NCBI GenBank assembly: GCA_002104905.1
Contig: MCFE01000034.1
Coordinates: 150,712-214,711, forward strand
DNA from: Basidiobolus meristosporus CBS 931.73
Taxonomy: Eukaryota; Fungi; Basidiobolomycota
Length of the DNA stretch: 64,000 nucleotides
Direction of reading: 5' to 3'
A program made the position numbers and the translations under genes. The notes beneath the pieces were generated by a model that was given only the letters and a program-made list of their open reading frames with translations, ran no database searches and was not told the DNA's origin. Position 1 is the first letter of the stretch. Each line of letters opens with the position of its first letter. This document shows positions 1-18,182 of this stretch, piece after piece.

Positions 1-521
1 ACCATATTAATGAGCGCGGTTGTGACAAGGGGAAGAAACACCAACATTTCTGGTTGGCAATGTTACACTAATGTAATCCAACCCTTCATATGTCACCATT
101 GTTGTTGGCATCGTTGAAATGAGCTTTGCCTCTATATTTCCTATGCCTGGGTCCTAGATCCCACTAATGCTAGGCACGCTATGTAATGTTGAACTTGCAT
201 TCAAGTCAGCCCTTTCATGTCCACAATCAGATACCCGTGATGCTCTGTTCTGCTATTTTTGAGTTGCTTTATTATACTTTTTCTGCAGTTAATATTTTTA
301 TTCGTAACATTGCAGTCCGATTTCTGAAGGGTTTTTGGTGAATTTTTGTCACAAATATCCCGCTCTGACATTAAATATATTTGCTTTGATTTCTAAACTT
401 GGACTTGTCCACACTGTATACACTTCATCTCACGAGCAGTCTTCCCACTGATAGTTTTGCTTTCGTATCTCATTATTTGTACAGTTTTAAATCCACTTGA
501 AGATATTGAAATATTGACATA

Positions 522-2809
522 ATGGCTAACCTTGGCCCCAGACCTAGAACTGAGCAAAAGCGCCCTGCTTGGCTTTTGGCAGTTGAAAACCGTAAACTTG
601 CTTCCCAAGACTCTGATGAGGATCCAGGTACTTGCCCTTTTCCTTGGTTACCTCCGATGCCTTGGGGCTTCTTTTTGAACGCGCGTCCTGATGCTTACCT
701 TTACAGCACAAACCTCTCTTAAATTTCTTTCCTACTTAAACAGCAGCGAGAGCGAGGATGACGGTCCTATATTGCCGAGACATAAGTCAGTATACTTTGT
801 GTTTAGAGAACTATATCCTCTACATTCCCTACAATCTTTACCCTTATTACATGGCGTTGTACTCATTACTCAACGTTTAAAGCACCCTGAATTACCGACA
901 AGCGCCCCCAGTCAAGAAAACTACCCCTTCAAAGTTACCTGTTCCGTCAAAGCGCTCTACTGAGAGCCCCACAAACAAGGCTAAACTGGACCAACCGCTG
1001 GAATCCACCAAAACAAAGGAATCTACCGTAGCCTTACAAGCACCTAATGCATCAAGTCGTGGAGGGGAAAAGGGTTTACCGATTCAACGAAATTCATTTT
1101 CAACTGATTCTAGCGTGGATGAGGTCAACACCAGCGGTTTTTCTGGCACACTAGAGGAGCAAACCTCAACCCCTCGCGAGCGAGGGGCAAGAGTTACCAC
1201 ACTCGCTTCCAGTGTCAAGAAGCCAACTCAGTCGGTGAGTAGTGTGCCGCGTTCCACCACTATGCCAAGAAAACCTATGGAGTCAACCCCCACCCCTTCA
1301 CGTACCAGTAAACGACGTACACAGTCACAAATAACAATCGACGTATCGGCTAAACCGGAGACTAGAAGTACCGGCTCTAATCCCGCTACTACTGTCCCGA
1401 AAACGCCAACTTACAATAAAATGGGGCCTCCAGCTACTAGCACAAGTGCAAGAAACCGTACAGTAAGTTTGACGTCTGCTCCACCCAAGACGGCGGTGAA
1501 CGCTCGTAAACCACCTACGCCAACATCAATGTCCAAGGAGCGCACCTCGCCAACTGCTGTAAGGACGTCGACCACACCCAAGAGAACCTCAGGTTTACCC
1601 ACCGGAGCAAGTAGTGTAAGCATACAGTTATTGAAGGAAGAGCTGTCCAAGTATAAAGGCGAGGTTGAGGTGTATAAAAGCCAACTACTTGATGCGAAAA
1701 CCCATGAACAAGAAATACTTCAAGCTTTGGAAACAGTTAGCCAGAAGGCCCTAGAGGATAGCGAAAGCTTCCGTCAACACTACGAGGATTCGCAATTGGA
1801 TCTTGAAGCAACTGTGAATTCATTGGAGAGGGATTTGAAGAAAGCACAAGAAGAGAGTTTAGAGAAGGATCAATTGATAGAGTCCCTTCAGGCGAAGAAA
1901 AAAGAGTTTTCAAAGAAAATTTCTGAGCTCCAAGATGAAAACGAACAACTGGACCAGGAACGGGCTACTATTCGTAAAAGCCTTACTGATTCGAAGCTTA
2001 AAGAGGAACGTACGCTGGAGGATAATTGTTTGCTACAGAGCAAACTAGCCACTATGACTAAGCGATACGAGTGCTCAGAGACCGAGAGCACGCATTTAAG
2101 AGCACAACTGATGAAGTACCAAACGGAAGAGCAGAGTGAGCTGAGTTATTTGCAAAGAAGATTGAGGGATCTGGAGTTGGAGAATGAAAGATTACAGGAA
2201 CGAATTCAATTCTTGACGAGCAATAGAAACGAAGTAGGCCCTCCCTCACACACAGGAAGCTCCAATAATTTTGACCAACAAAGCTATCACGGAAACAGGT
2301 CCAGAACCCTATCTTTTTACAACAACGACTCTTACTGTTCCAGCACTGTACGCTCTTCTTCACCACCTGCTAATACTCCAACCTCCAACAAATACCACCA
2401 CGCACATTACGGCAATTACTCTGAGCCAGCCACCTACTATCCCGAGTCGGAGCGAAGCTTTGTCGATGATCGCTCTAGTAATTGGGGAGATCGCAGCTCG
2501 ATGCATGGCGACGGCCCAGCCCCCATATACCAGCAAGATTCTCGACGACACACATTGAACACACCTAGTAAGAACAATAGCCTCTTAGATCTTTCTTGCT
2601 TGTACGCTGAGGATGAAAGCGACTTGGATTTAGACGAGCGTTTGAAATCTTTAACCGATGCTCGAGATCAGATCAATTTCGAATTGGCGCGCATACCTTC
2701 CTCCGGAAATGCTATCGTTAGACGAAGGAAGAACCAGCTAGAAGAGAAGTTGGATGAGGTCGAAGGGCTGCTCCGAGGTGTCAAGATGAAGATCAAAGCG
2801 AGAAAATGA
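522..2809 (+). CDS. S/T/P-rich, coiled-coil protein with a C-terminal helical-hairpin segment resembling the MPHOSPH9 C-terminus (spliced)
   Basis: ORF 1115-2809 stays open upstream to an acceptor at ~882. Probable first exon 522-627 ends at CAG|gtact. Low-complexity N-half, heptad-rich middle, C-terminus DQINFELARIPSSG...LEEKLDEVEGLLRGVKMKIK. Exon chain between 627 and 882 is uncertain. Confidence 0.6.
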
Positions 2810-3033
2810 GCATCCTCATTGAATTCCCACTCTCTTTATTCCATAATTATTACTCATGTTTGAAATATATCTTCACTTAACTAATACATAAACATGTCTC
2901 ATCGAGACTAGACTAATCACGACAAATAATCACTTCCACAGACCAGTGCTCGAAATGGACATCACCAGAAGCGGGTTTATTTACAATAGCGGTCATATGT
3001 ACGGGATTTTGGGATATCCGGTTTACACTTTGT

Positions 3034-4032
3034 TTACCGAGTGGAGGGAGCAGTCTTGGGTTTCATGTTGGACTGTATCCAGTCTATTTGGGAGGCAACC
3101 TTCGCGAACACCTAGAACCCAATTTAGCTCCGACCATGTGGCACAAGTATTGAAAATTCACTTACACCAGGGATTTTGGGGCGGCAATTAGCACCATAGC
3201 TGGTGACTCCGACAAGCACCCAGGTTCCATTCCTGTTGACAATCAAAGGGCCGCCACTATCCCCAAAGCATACATCTAGAAGTGAGGATACGTATTATTT
3301 GGGCTGGATTCGATACTGGTGAAGGAAAGGGTACTCACTTTTACCGCCTTGTGAAGTGCCAGTGCATATGGTGTATTTCGGATTGAAGGTGGGTAGACTA
3401 CTACCGAAGTCCTTCAAGCATACGCTATCGGGCAAGATCTCCATATCAACTATCTGTAGCGTGCTCTGCGGGGAAAAATTGTAACCAAGCCCCCAACCTA
3501 TGGCCTTAACCTTTTTACCAAAGGCGACTGCTCCGCCAGTGTCCAGAGCCAGAAACGAGCTTGATTTCGAGGGATTCGCCAATTTTAGGATGGCAACTAG
3601 AGAATCCAAGATTAATTCAATCTGCCCATTCCTATTCCCCCACGTGGCTGTTCACTTACAATCGTTGATCAACAGTCGTTTGCTCCAGCCGGGGTGTACC
3701 GTAACACTTTGGACGTTGACCACCTCCCCATCCTCTTCAAAGCTTTCCTTCGTTAGGTTATGCCGGTGAAAATGAACTTTGAAGCTGGACGGCTTGGCAC
3801 GCTTCATGATGCAATGTGCCGCCGTTAATACCGTCTCCGGATCCAGCAAACTACAACCACATAAACCGTGCTCCTTGTTGCCATCCTTCATGTATATGTA
3901 GCCCATCCACGGATAGCTGTACTTGGGCTTTACTTCGCTTCCTCCAAATATTAAGGTTTGCGGGAGGCGCCGGACACCCTCAGTCATTATCGTAAGGAAC
4001 AAGAAGAGAATTAGCTGGGTTATGCTGGTCAT
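3034..4032 (-). CDS. Secreted trypsin/chymotrypsin-family (S1A) serine protease, 4 exons
   Basis: Signal peptide, IFGG mature N-terminus, TAAHC (His), IND (Asp), GDSGGP (Ser, in the exon below intron 3276-3338). Ends GVFAKV...[15 protein letters not shown]. Confidence 0.92.
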
Positions 4033-4412
4033 CCTATGCGATACTGGTCATTCAGGTAGCCAAAGATTTGATCGAAGCAACTCGCTATTATATACACAGC
4101 CACCAACGAGTCCGAGAGAATCAGCGATTATTTCCGATTTAAAAAACATCCATGAAACGAACGGATCTCGATTCCGTTTCAAACAGTCATGCATGTGGCG
4201 TGGTTGGAACGAATATCTGTTTGCATTAACTGCATTTATTCATGAAGAACGAACTTCGTTTACAGTAAGAATGGAAGCACTAAAAAGTAGGCTTCTTGTC
4301 AAAAGGGTTTAACTCTAATAAACATTAAGGTGCAGATAACGCGCGGATGAGGGGATAAATAGAAATTACTACTCTGAGCGAAAGTACGTTGCGAATTCGT
4401 GGGTAATGAGGA

Positions 4413-7400
4413 TTACCAGTCCTTCACAAGACAAAGGTCGAATACAGATCCGTTGACTTCTTGCTCCTCGACGACAATGACCTCGGCATCGGCAGCTTTC
4501 TCGGCAACTGGGAAGAGAGGTCTTCTCAAAACCTTCACTAACACCTCAACTTGCTCCTGCATAACCTTGGAGAGTTGATCTTCAGGGTCCTTCTTGAATT
4601 CATAGTACATATGAACTGGGTCAATGGGCTGCAAGTTGACCTTCTTACGAAGTCTTTGAACACGGTTGATAACTTCACGAGCAAGGCCTTCTTGTTGCAA
4701 CTCGGGGTACAACTGGACATCCAACAAAACAAGGACATCCTTATCAGTGTTGGTTTCATAATGGCTGTCTTGGACATCAAAGTAACGAATAACAGTGAGA
4801 TCCTCATCGGTAAGAGTGATACCCTCAACCATGATGGTCAACTCTTGGACGAATTTCTTGACCTCGTCAGAGGTCAGGTTAGGTAGTGCCTTCTTTACCT
4901 TCATGGCATCCTTCTTCAACTTTTGGCCAAGAACCTTAAGGTCAGCCTCAGCTCTGTACTTGACTCCATATTGCTGTTCATCAGCGGTGACGGTCAGAGT
5001 ACGGATGTTAAGCTCCTCGGTAATGTATTGCTCAAGAGCCTTGACATCTTCATGGTATTGGGGATCATGATGAATGACAATAAGCTCCTTGAGGGGTGTC
5101 TTCAAGCTAATGTTCTTCTTTTCACGAATGATTCTGCCAAGCTCAATGACCGATTGCATTCTGGAGACAGCACGCTCAATTTCGGGATCGAAGTATTCTT
5201 CACGTACCTCAGGGAAGAGCAAGAAATGAATAGAACGCTCATCTTCTTGGCTGTTGGATGGAGGCAAGTATGTCTTGAGGGTTTGGTACATGTTCTCAGT
5301 CAAGAAGGGAGTGAAAGGAGACAATACACGGCAAAGAGTGAAAAGAACTTCGAAGAGAGTGTTCAAAGCCATGACAGCATCCTCTTGACCATTCTCACCC
5401 TTGAGTCTCTTTCTGTTGAATCTGACATACCAATTGGTCAACTCTTCAATAAGTCTCAACAGACGAGGAACCACAGTGTACAATCTGTAAGCAGCCATCT
5501 CCTCACGGACAAAACGAATCAAAGATTGGCAGGAGGCCAAAATCCATCTGTCCATGACATTGGAGGACTTCTGTTGGGTTGGGTTATACTTGAAGTCAAT
5601 TCCGAAGTCATTCTTGATCAAAACCACTTGATTAACAAAGAATCTGTAGGCGTTGTACCAAGGAAGGAATACACGAGTGATAACATCCTTGACTCCCTCT
5701 TCCTTGAACTTGAGGGTTTCAGCACGAACAACTGGTGAGTTGATCAAGTAGAGTCTGAGAGCATCAGCACCGAAGCTGTTAATAACCTTGCCGGGCTCAG
5801 GGTAGTTCTTAAGGCGCTTGCTCATTTTCTTTCCATCTGAAGCCAAAACAAGGCCATTGACAATCAAGTTCTTGAAAGCAGGCTCGTCGAAAAGATGAGT
5901 GGAAAGGACCATCAATGTATAGAACCAGCCACGGGTTTGATCAAGACCTTCAGCAATGAAGTCAGCGGGGAAGTTAGCTTCGAACTTATCCTTGTTCTCG
6001 AAAGGATAGTGCTGTTGGGCATAGGGCATACTACCACTTTCGAACCAGCAATCGAAAACTTCTTCGATTCTTCTCAAAACACCACGGCCAGTCTTGGAGG
6101 GGATGGTAATGCTATCGATTTTTTCACGATGGATATCAGTAATGTTAGATATGCCGGAGAGCTCCTCAAGTTCGGCAACTGAGCCAACACATACAATCTC
6201 CTCAAAGTCTTCACTGACCCACAAAGGAATGGGTGTACCCCAATAGCGGTTTCTAGAGATGTTCCAATCTCTAGCGTTGGCAATCCAGTTGGCGAAACGC
6301 TTCTCTTGGACAAAATCAGGAACCCAGCGGGTCTTCTTGTTGTTGTTCAAAAGTTTCTCAATGACTGGCTTAACACGAACAAACCAGGAAGGTACGGCCT
6401 TGTAGATCAATGGGGTGTCGGATCTCCAGCAGAATGGGTAACTGTGCATAAGCTGAGATTGGCGGATCAATCTATTGGCGTTCTTGATATGCTTTTGAAT
6501 GGCTTTGTCAGCTTCCTTGACGTACTGACCAGCGAAATCAGTGACTTCGGCGGTGTAGTTACCCATCTCGTTAACGGGGCAAGGAACGTTACCATCTTCA
6601 GTGATAACACCATGAGCAAGGCATACGCGGAAATCGTCCTCACCGAATGCAGGGGCTTGGTGAACGATACCAGTACCACTGTCGTCGGTAACATAAGTGT
6701 CAGAGACAACCTTGAAACCCTTGCCCTTGAATTCCTCGGCATAGTAGTTGAATAGTGGTGTGTATTCAAGGCCGACCAAGTCTTTACCCTTGTACTTCTC
6801 AAGAACTTCATACTTGGCCTTCTTGGGGTTCTTGTAAAGAATTTCAAGACGCTTCTCAAGTAGAATATAAATTTGACCAGTCTCACCATCCTTGATCTTG
6901 ATGTAATCGAAGTCTGGGTGCACACAGAGGGCAAGATTGGAAGGAAGAGTCCAAGGAGTGGTAGTCCAAGCAATCAAATTTACTTCAGCATCGCTGACCA
7001 AGGGGAAAGAAACAACAACGGCAGGATCGTTGACATCCTTGTAATTTTGGGAAGCCTCGAAGTTGGAAAGAGGAGTGTTACATCCAGTAGAGTATGGCAT
7101 AACACGAACGCCACGATAGACTTGATCCTTCTCGAAGAGTTGCTTGAATACCCACCAAACACTCTCCATAAAGGAAAGGTTCAAGGTTTTGTAGTCATTA
7201 TCAAAGTCAATCCAACGACCAGTTCTTTCGATAGTCTCACGCCATTCCGAAGCGTAACGCATAACAATACTACGGCATTCTTCGTTGTACTTTTCAATTC
7301 CCATGGCCATCACATCATCTTTACCCTAAAAAAATATTAGTTTATATCCTCGAAGGATATCTGTGAAAGGTGTATCACCTTGATTCCGAGCTTTTTGTCA

Positions 7401-7822
7401 ATCTCGTATTCAACAGGTAAACCGTGACAATCCCAACCGAAGCGACGTTCGACATAATGACCGGTTTGGTGAGCATAACGAGTCACAATATCCTATATGT
7501 AAAGCATTACTACACAGTTTTAGGGAACTACTTCATTATTTTTCTGTTACCTTGATGGTACCGGCAAGGATGTGTCCATAATGAGGAAGACCGGTAGCGA
7601 ATGGTGGACCATCATAGAAAGTATAGGGTTTTCTACCTTCGGAGAGCTTTACAGAGGTACGGAAAGCATCGATTTCCTTCCAAAAAGCAAGTATTTTTTC
7701 TTCCTCTTTGGGAAAGTTAAATTGAGCAGATCCTATTTTTGAGCAATATGAGTATTTCCCTTAGTTCGCGTAACTTCAAACGTGTCGAGATGAACAGTAG
7801 TGACATTACCCTCGCCAGACAT
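4413..7822 (-). CDS. ILS1: Cytosolic isoleucyl-tRNA synthetase
   Basis: Upstream exons give [30 protein letters not shown] (HIGH-type) and [11 protein letters not shown]. Main ORF has [32 protein letters not shown] and KMSKR. Confidence 0.97.
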
Positions 7823-8203
7823 TTTGCAAGGTGGGAGCGAAGTGAAGGCGGAACGTTGTAGTAGCCTTTATTACAATTTATTGTAACACTTTTTTTTTCG
7901 ATAGATGCTGTGATCGAATCAAAATTTTGGCCATTGTTATTCATCCCAGCATGTTAAATACTTTGCCATATCTGTACCTTGAAATTGATCCCCTAAAATC
8001 CGTAGTTTTTCCCAGACATACGTAGCTACCTAACCAGACATTCGGAAATGCCAGTATTACCAACAATGAGTCATGGTGACTCATTCCATACAATATATGC
8101 AACCAATGTTGGAGTAACTAGAGGGCATATCTTGAATATTTTTGTAAACTTAGCACAAATTTAACCCTTCTTTTGAATAAAACTTGTCACTGCTACAAAC
8201 TAA

Positions 8204-10524
8204 ATGGATAGCAAAAGTCAAAAATACGATAGACAGTTAAGGTGCGTGACTGACTTTTGTATGCATCCAGTACCTCGTCACTTTGGCCTAACGCTCTACA
8301 AGATTATGGCACGCCAACGGCCAGACTGCGCTTGAAAATGCCAATGTATGTTTAGTTAATGGAACAGCAACTGGCGCGGAGATTTTAAAGAATCTGATAC
8401 TTCCAGGTTAGACAAGGTTGGGCCATGAGGCTAAATTTTACCCAAGCTGATAACTTTACTACATACCTGTCAGGAATTGGCTCTTTTACAATTTTGGACA
8501 ACAAAATAGTGGACAGCAAAGACGTAGGAAATAATTTCTACCTAGAAATGTCCAGTGTTGGTCGTTCTCGTGCACAATCGGTCGCACACTTCCTTAAAGA
8601 ACTCAACGAGGATGTGAAAGGATTCCACAAGCAAGAGGTAATAAAACCAAATACCCTATGCTAACCTAGCCTAGTGTTACTGCGTCTTTGTGGCTTAGTA
8701 AAAACATGAGCGTCACATAGTCTCTACTTTACGGTGGTTGATCAAACACAATAATGTTATCTATATTACTAGGATGTTTATGGGCTGATTGAACAACGGC
8801 CAGAATTCTTCAAGCAGTTTTCAATAGTTATCGCCTTGGAAGTGCCAGAAAGCTACTTGATTAAGCTATCTGAATATTGCTGGAGGGAAAATATTGCCTT
8901 GATAGCAGTAAGAAGCTTTGGATACATGGGTTACTTACGGATTGCAGTACCAGAGCATACAGGTCACTATACCTTTATACTTGTGCACGGCTCCTATAGC
9001 TAACTCAGCCATTAATTTAGTTATTGAAACCCACTCCGAGAATACGATCGATTTACGCATTGATCGCCCTTTTCCAGAATTGGAGAAGTACGCGAAATCC
9101 TTCGAACTTGAAAATCTGAGTAATATGGATCACGGAAATGTACCATACGTTGTCATCCTAATTCAGGCAATGCAGAAATGGAGGAGCCAGGTCCTGATCA
9201 ATTAACGCTCACACTCAGCCAAGAATAAAGTAATACTGAACTATCTTTTAATCTCCACAACAGCACAATGGCCAGCTACCGAATGTTTATGCCGAGAAAA
9301 CTGAGTTTAGGAAACAGATACAGCAGATGTCCCGATCTGTCGACGAGGAGAACTTCGAAGAAGCTACGAATATGGTGCTTAGAGTATGCAACCAAACAGA
9401 GGTAGTTCTTTAGATTAGTACATTGAGTAGAAATTGAATCGCTAAATAGAGTTCAAACATTAGGTACCCTCTGGGATCCGAGATTTATTCGCCTCATCTG
9501 CCAGCATTGAGATAACAAACCAAGTAATATGATGCTTACTTATTTCCAACAAAATTTGTCTTCTAACCGATGTTGCTATGCCCCTTAGACCCCGGATTTC
9601 TGGCTGATGCTACGTGCGCTAGAGGAATTTGTAAATCACGAAGGGAATGGGTTACTTCCCGTATCCGGGTCATTGCCAGATATGAAATCTGATACTGAGC
9701 GCTATATTGCCCTACAGAATATGTAAGCCAATACCAAACCATCACATTAGAATCAAGATGACTTATCGGTTACTGAGTAGATACCGACAGAAAGCTAAAG
9801 AGGATCTATTGGCTTTGAAGAACCATCTGAAGAAACTGCTAACCAGGGTAAACCGCCCAGCTGATTCGATTACAGAGGAGCAAATTGAAGTATTCTGTAA
9901 AAACACTGGGTTTTTGACAGTTTTGAAGTATCGCCCTATTGCCGAGGAATACCAGAACTCTCCAAAAATCAAGCAAATACGTAAATTATCAATGCTTCCG
10001 AATACTATTTGTATGTATTACTAATATCTGGTATAGGCCAATGGCTAGAGGACGAAGCGGGAAATCTACCCTATTATGTTATTGTTCGTGCAGTGGATCG
10101 ATTTTATGAAGCCCACAAGCGGTATCCAGGTATGGCACCTCAGATAGATTGCTTCGAAACCTTTCAATTTACCTAGCATCTCTTAAGGCCAAGAGGACGA
10201 ATCCGTAAAAGAAGACATTAAATTGCTTAAAGAAGCCACTGCCAACCTGCTAAATGAATGGGGGCTATCCAAAGAAAGCATATCTGAAGATCATATCCAT
10301 GAAGTGTATGCTCTTGATTTGCGTTATACCAGCTTCTATTCGACTTTCTGACATGCAATTACAGGTGCCGAACGGGCCTTGCTGAACTGCCAAGTATCGC
10401 AGCATTTTTAGGTGGTATTGTTTCACAAGAAGTAATTAAGCTGGTGACCAAGCAGTACATTCCACTGAACAATACACTCGTATACAATGGCATTAATGCC
10501 ACCACATCCACCTATGAATTATAA
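8204..10524 (+). CDS. ULA1: NEDD8-activating enzyme E1 regulatory subunit (APPBP1/NAE1), many short exons
   Basis: Exons read KYDRQLR|[27 protein letters not shown]|[52 protein letters not shown]; stop at 10522-10524. Confidence 0.92.
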
Positions 10525-11202
10525 GCGTAGGATCTTAATCAAGATATATATATTGCCAAAAAAAGGACACGAAATAAACTCACCTGTACTGAACTAATCT
10601 AGCCTATAGAGTTCAATGCATGAGATGTGCAAGTACAGGCCCATCACAACAGCAATTTTAAACAACAGAAACTCAGCGCCAATGCTCGATATAGGCAATT
10701 CAGGGGAGCTTGTTAAGATGGGGAATTCCATTGGTCCGACTATTACACAGCGAAGAAATTCAAAACGATTCACCATGACTCTAAAGCAAAAAGGAAATGC
10801 TGAATTTACATCTTTCACCTAATATAGTGATACTACCTGCATATATGGTCTTCACCAATCTGAAGCTCGCATGAAGTCGACGTTTGAGCATTCATACACC
10901 GAGCGAACTACCGAATTTGCGGTGTTTGTATGGCTATTGCTGCGATCACCCTGGCGATTACGTTTCTTCTTCTGGTTTCCTGAATGGTTCCACTGAGTTG
11001 ATCGCATTCAGACCTTGGGCTGATTCCAAGTTTATGCTGGCCTCTAAACTAATGAATATACATATATATATGCACGTAAGCCACACATTTATGACTCATA
11101 CCACATCTAATTCCATATCTGTATGATCCAACATGCCCAAGATAACAAATTCGTGGTCAACCTGATAAAGAAAAAATATCCTCAACCTGTAGAATATATT
11201 AA

Positions 11203-16102
<4,900 letters not shown>

Positions 16103-16598
16103 CGTATATAATCCCCACATCAGTCGTGACGAAATCCCGGCCAACCTTCATGAGCATTCACCACTGGAAAGGTGGCAAATTCACGTTTAATTTCCGTCAT
16201 CCAACCCACCTTCCTCCCTCTGATTTACATGTCTATTTCACCCCCGAACCCGATGATTACCGAAATAAAGGGGCTTACTTTCCCATGATTTCAGAGATGG
16301 TTAATCAAATCTTGATCGGTGCCATAATGAAAAGCAAAACCTCAAGTTCATCAATAGGTTCGAAGCGTATGCGCGGAGAATTATTGCAACAAATGTTGGG
16401 ATTGTCCTGGGGTCCATAATGACTTGACTGAACAGTGAATACGAGCAATTCACTCGGCGAGTCGTCTCATTCTCTGGCCATCTCCTTCCAATTGGTTAGA
16501 TCCCGTTGTCGGCGGCGGGTATTGGTTTCATCTATCAGCTCGACAGGACTCGAAGAATGCCACATACAGTATAAAGCGACCGAAGCCGGACCTAATCA

Positions 16599-17853
16599 TG
16601 ACGCCGAATAAATTAATTCGTCTTTATCTAAGTGAGCCCAAGCACTAACTTATCCCAAGTAAGCCAGATGACCAGAAAGACGAACTTCAACTCCGTGCTC
16701 ACGAAGTTCCTGTACGAAACCTTCCCGGGGGACAAGTCGAAGCAAAAGGAACGGTAAGTCCCATCTCTCACCGAGTGCTTGGTTTGCTCAAAACTCATCC
16801 AAGTTGCAGTGTTTCAAACCAAGAGAGGTGTAGACAACCTATAGGCGAAATCCCCACCACCAAACCCAACGAATCAAGGTTCGCGAGATCCCCTTGGTTT
16901 TCCACTTGCCCCTTGGATTAATCGCGTTCAATCTAGATTCAAATTGGATCCCGTATTTGAGAATCGAGATTACAATCATCAAGCTTACCTTGAGGAGCCG
17001 GCAGACTATTGGGCTTCGAGTGAGATAACACCGCGACATGAACAGCAGATGCTATCTAGATCTAGCACATTCCCGCAGCCTCCCACCGTCCGTGATTCCA
17101 ATCATGGGAAAAAAAGGTGGAGCGTGGGTCGTGTTCCTGTTCTCGAATAAATGGCTGACCTCTTCGTTGTCTAGGTATTCCATTGACTCGAAGCTCGAAG
17201 ACCCAGGCTTCCTCCAGGTCTCCTCCGCTAGCTCGCAATGTTTGGAGAATTACTTGAATCAGATTATTTATCTGGAGGTAGAGTGCTCTGTCTTTTGGGA
17301 GGTTCGGGAGATTTGGCGGGCTGATCTGTTTTACAGAAGGACAAGAGACAGCTGGTGTTGGAGCGCAAGACTTGGAAGAAGCGGTGTGTCCGTGCAGAAA
17401 CGGAGCAGGTTACCCAGGCGTTGGAGTTCAAGGGTTGGACTGGATTCACTCATGCCATCCACCGTATATTTCATTCATGATTGCTTGTTTAGAAAATGTG
17501 GCCAAACTCAAGGTGCGCTATGATTCGGACCTGGCGAAACTTCGTTTGCTGCATCAGCAACGTTGTGAAAGCCTGATCAGTGAAGTCAACCTGCTGACTC
17601 AGGTTTCTGAGACCTACAGAAACCAGCTGCTTGACCATGGAATCGAGCCGAGTAAGTTTGCAATTGGGCTCTTGCACCAAGATTCCAAATTCTAATCCGA
17701 TGTTCCTTAGGACTCGTGAGCTGCGAAGACACACTCGATGAGGATAGGAGGTATATTGAGGTAACTCAAGAGACAGCACACATTCGATACGCGTCACCAA
17801 CCCTACCCTGTCTTAGGAACGTTACAGGAAACTGAAAAGCGAACCAAGACAAG
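16599..17853 (+). CDS. Hypothetical spliced protein with C-terminal coiled coil
   Basis: Coding-like segments (DPVFENRDYNHQAYLEEPADYW; LENVAKLKVRYDSDLAKLRLLHQQRCESLISEVNLL) separated by GT-AG introns. Ends are uncertain. Confidence 0.4.
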
Positions 17854-18182
17854 TACTAGACGATGAGCTGGACCACACTGTAGAGGTAAACAAGTTTCAA
17901 GTACCATTCTGCGTGGTGAAGGTTATCTTACATTTCACCAGAAATTATTTCAAGCCCTAACTTATGAACTCGGTAACTACTCTACCAATGCGAACCATGG
18001 ACAGAAATTCGACTTGGCTGCAAGCATTTGATATATAGGTGTGCACCAAAGCTAAGCGGCTCGAAGGGAGAATGCGATACTGCTTTACTGTATATAAAAT
18101 CGAATATAGATGGCATACCATACATGGATAGAATAAAATACAAGTAATACATTACAAATCAATTGACCATTAAACCATACAC

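Noticed and set aside
10594-11126. Short ORFs between ULA1 and ARO1
   Set aside because: No recognisable motifs or consistent exon chain were found, so a gene could not be supported.
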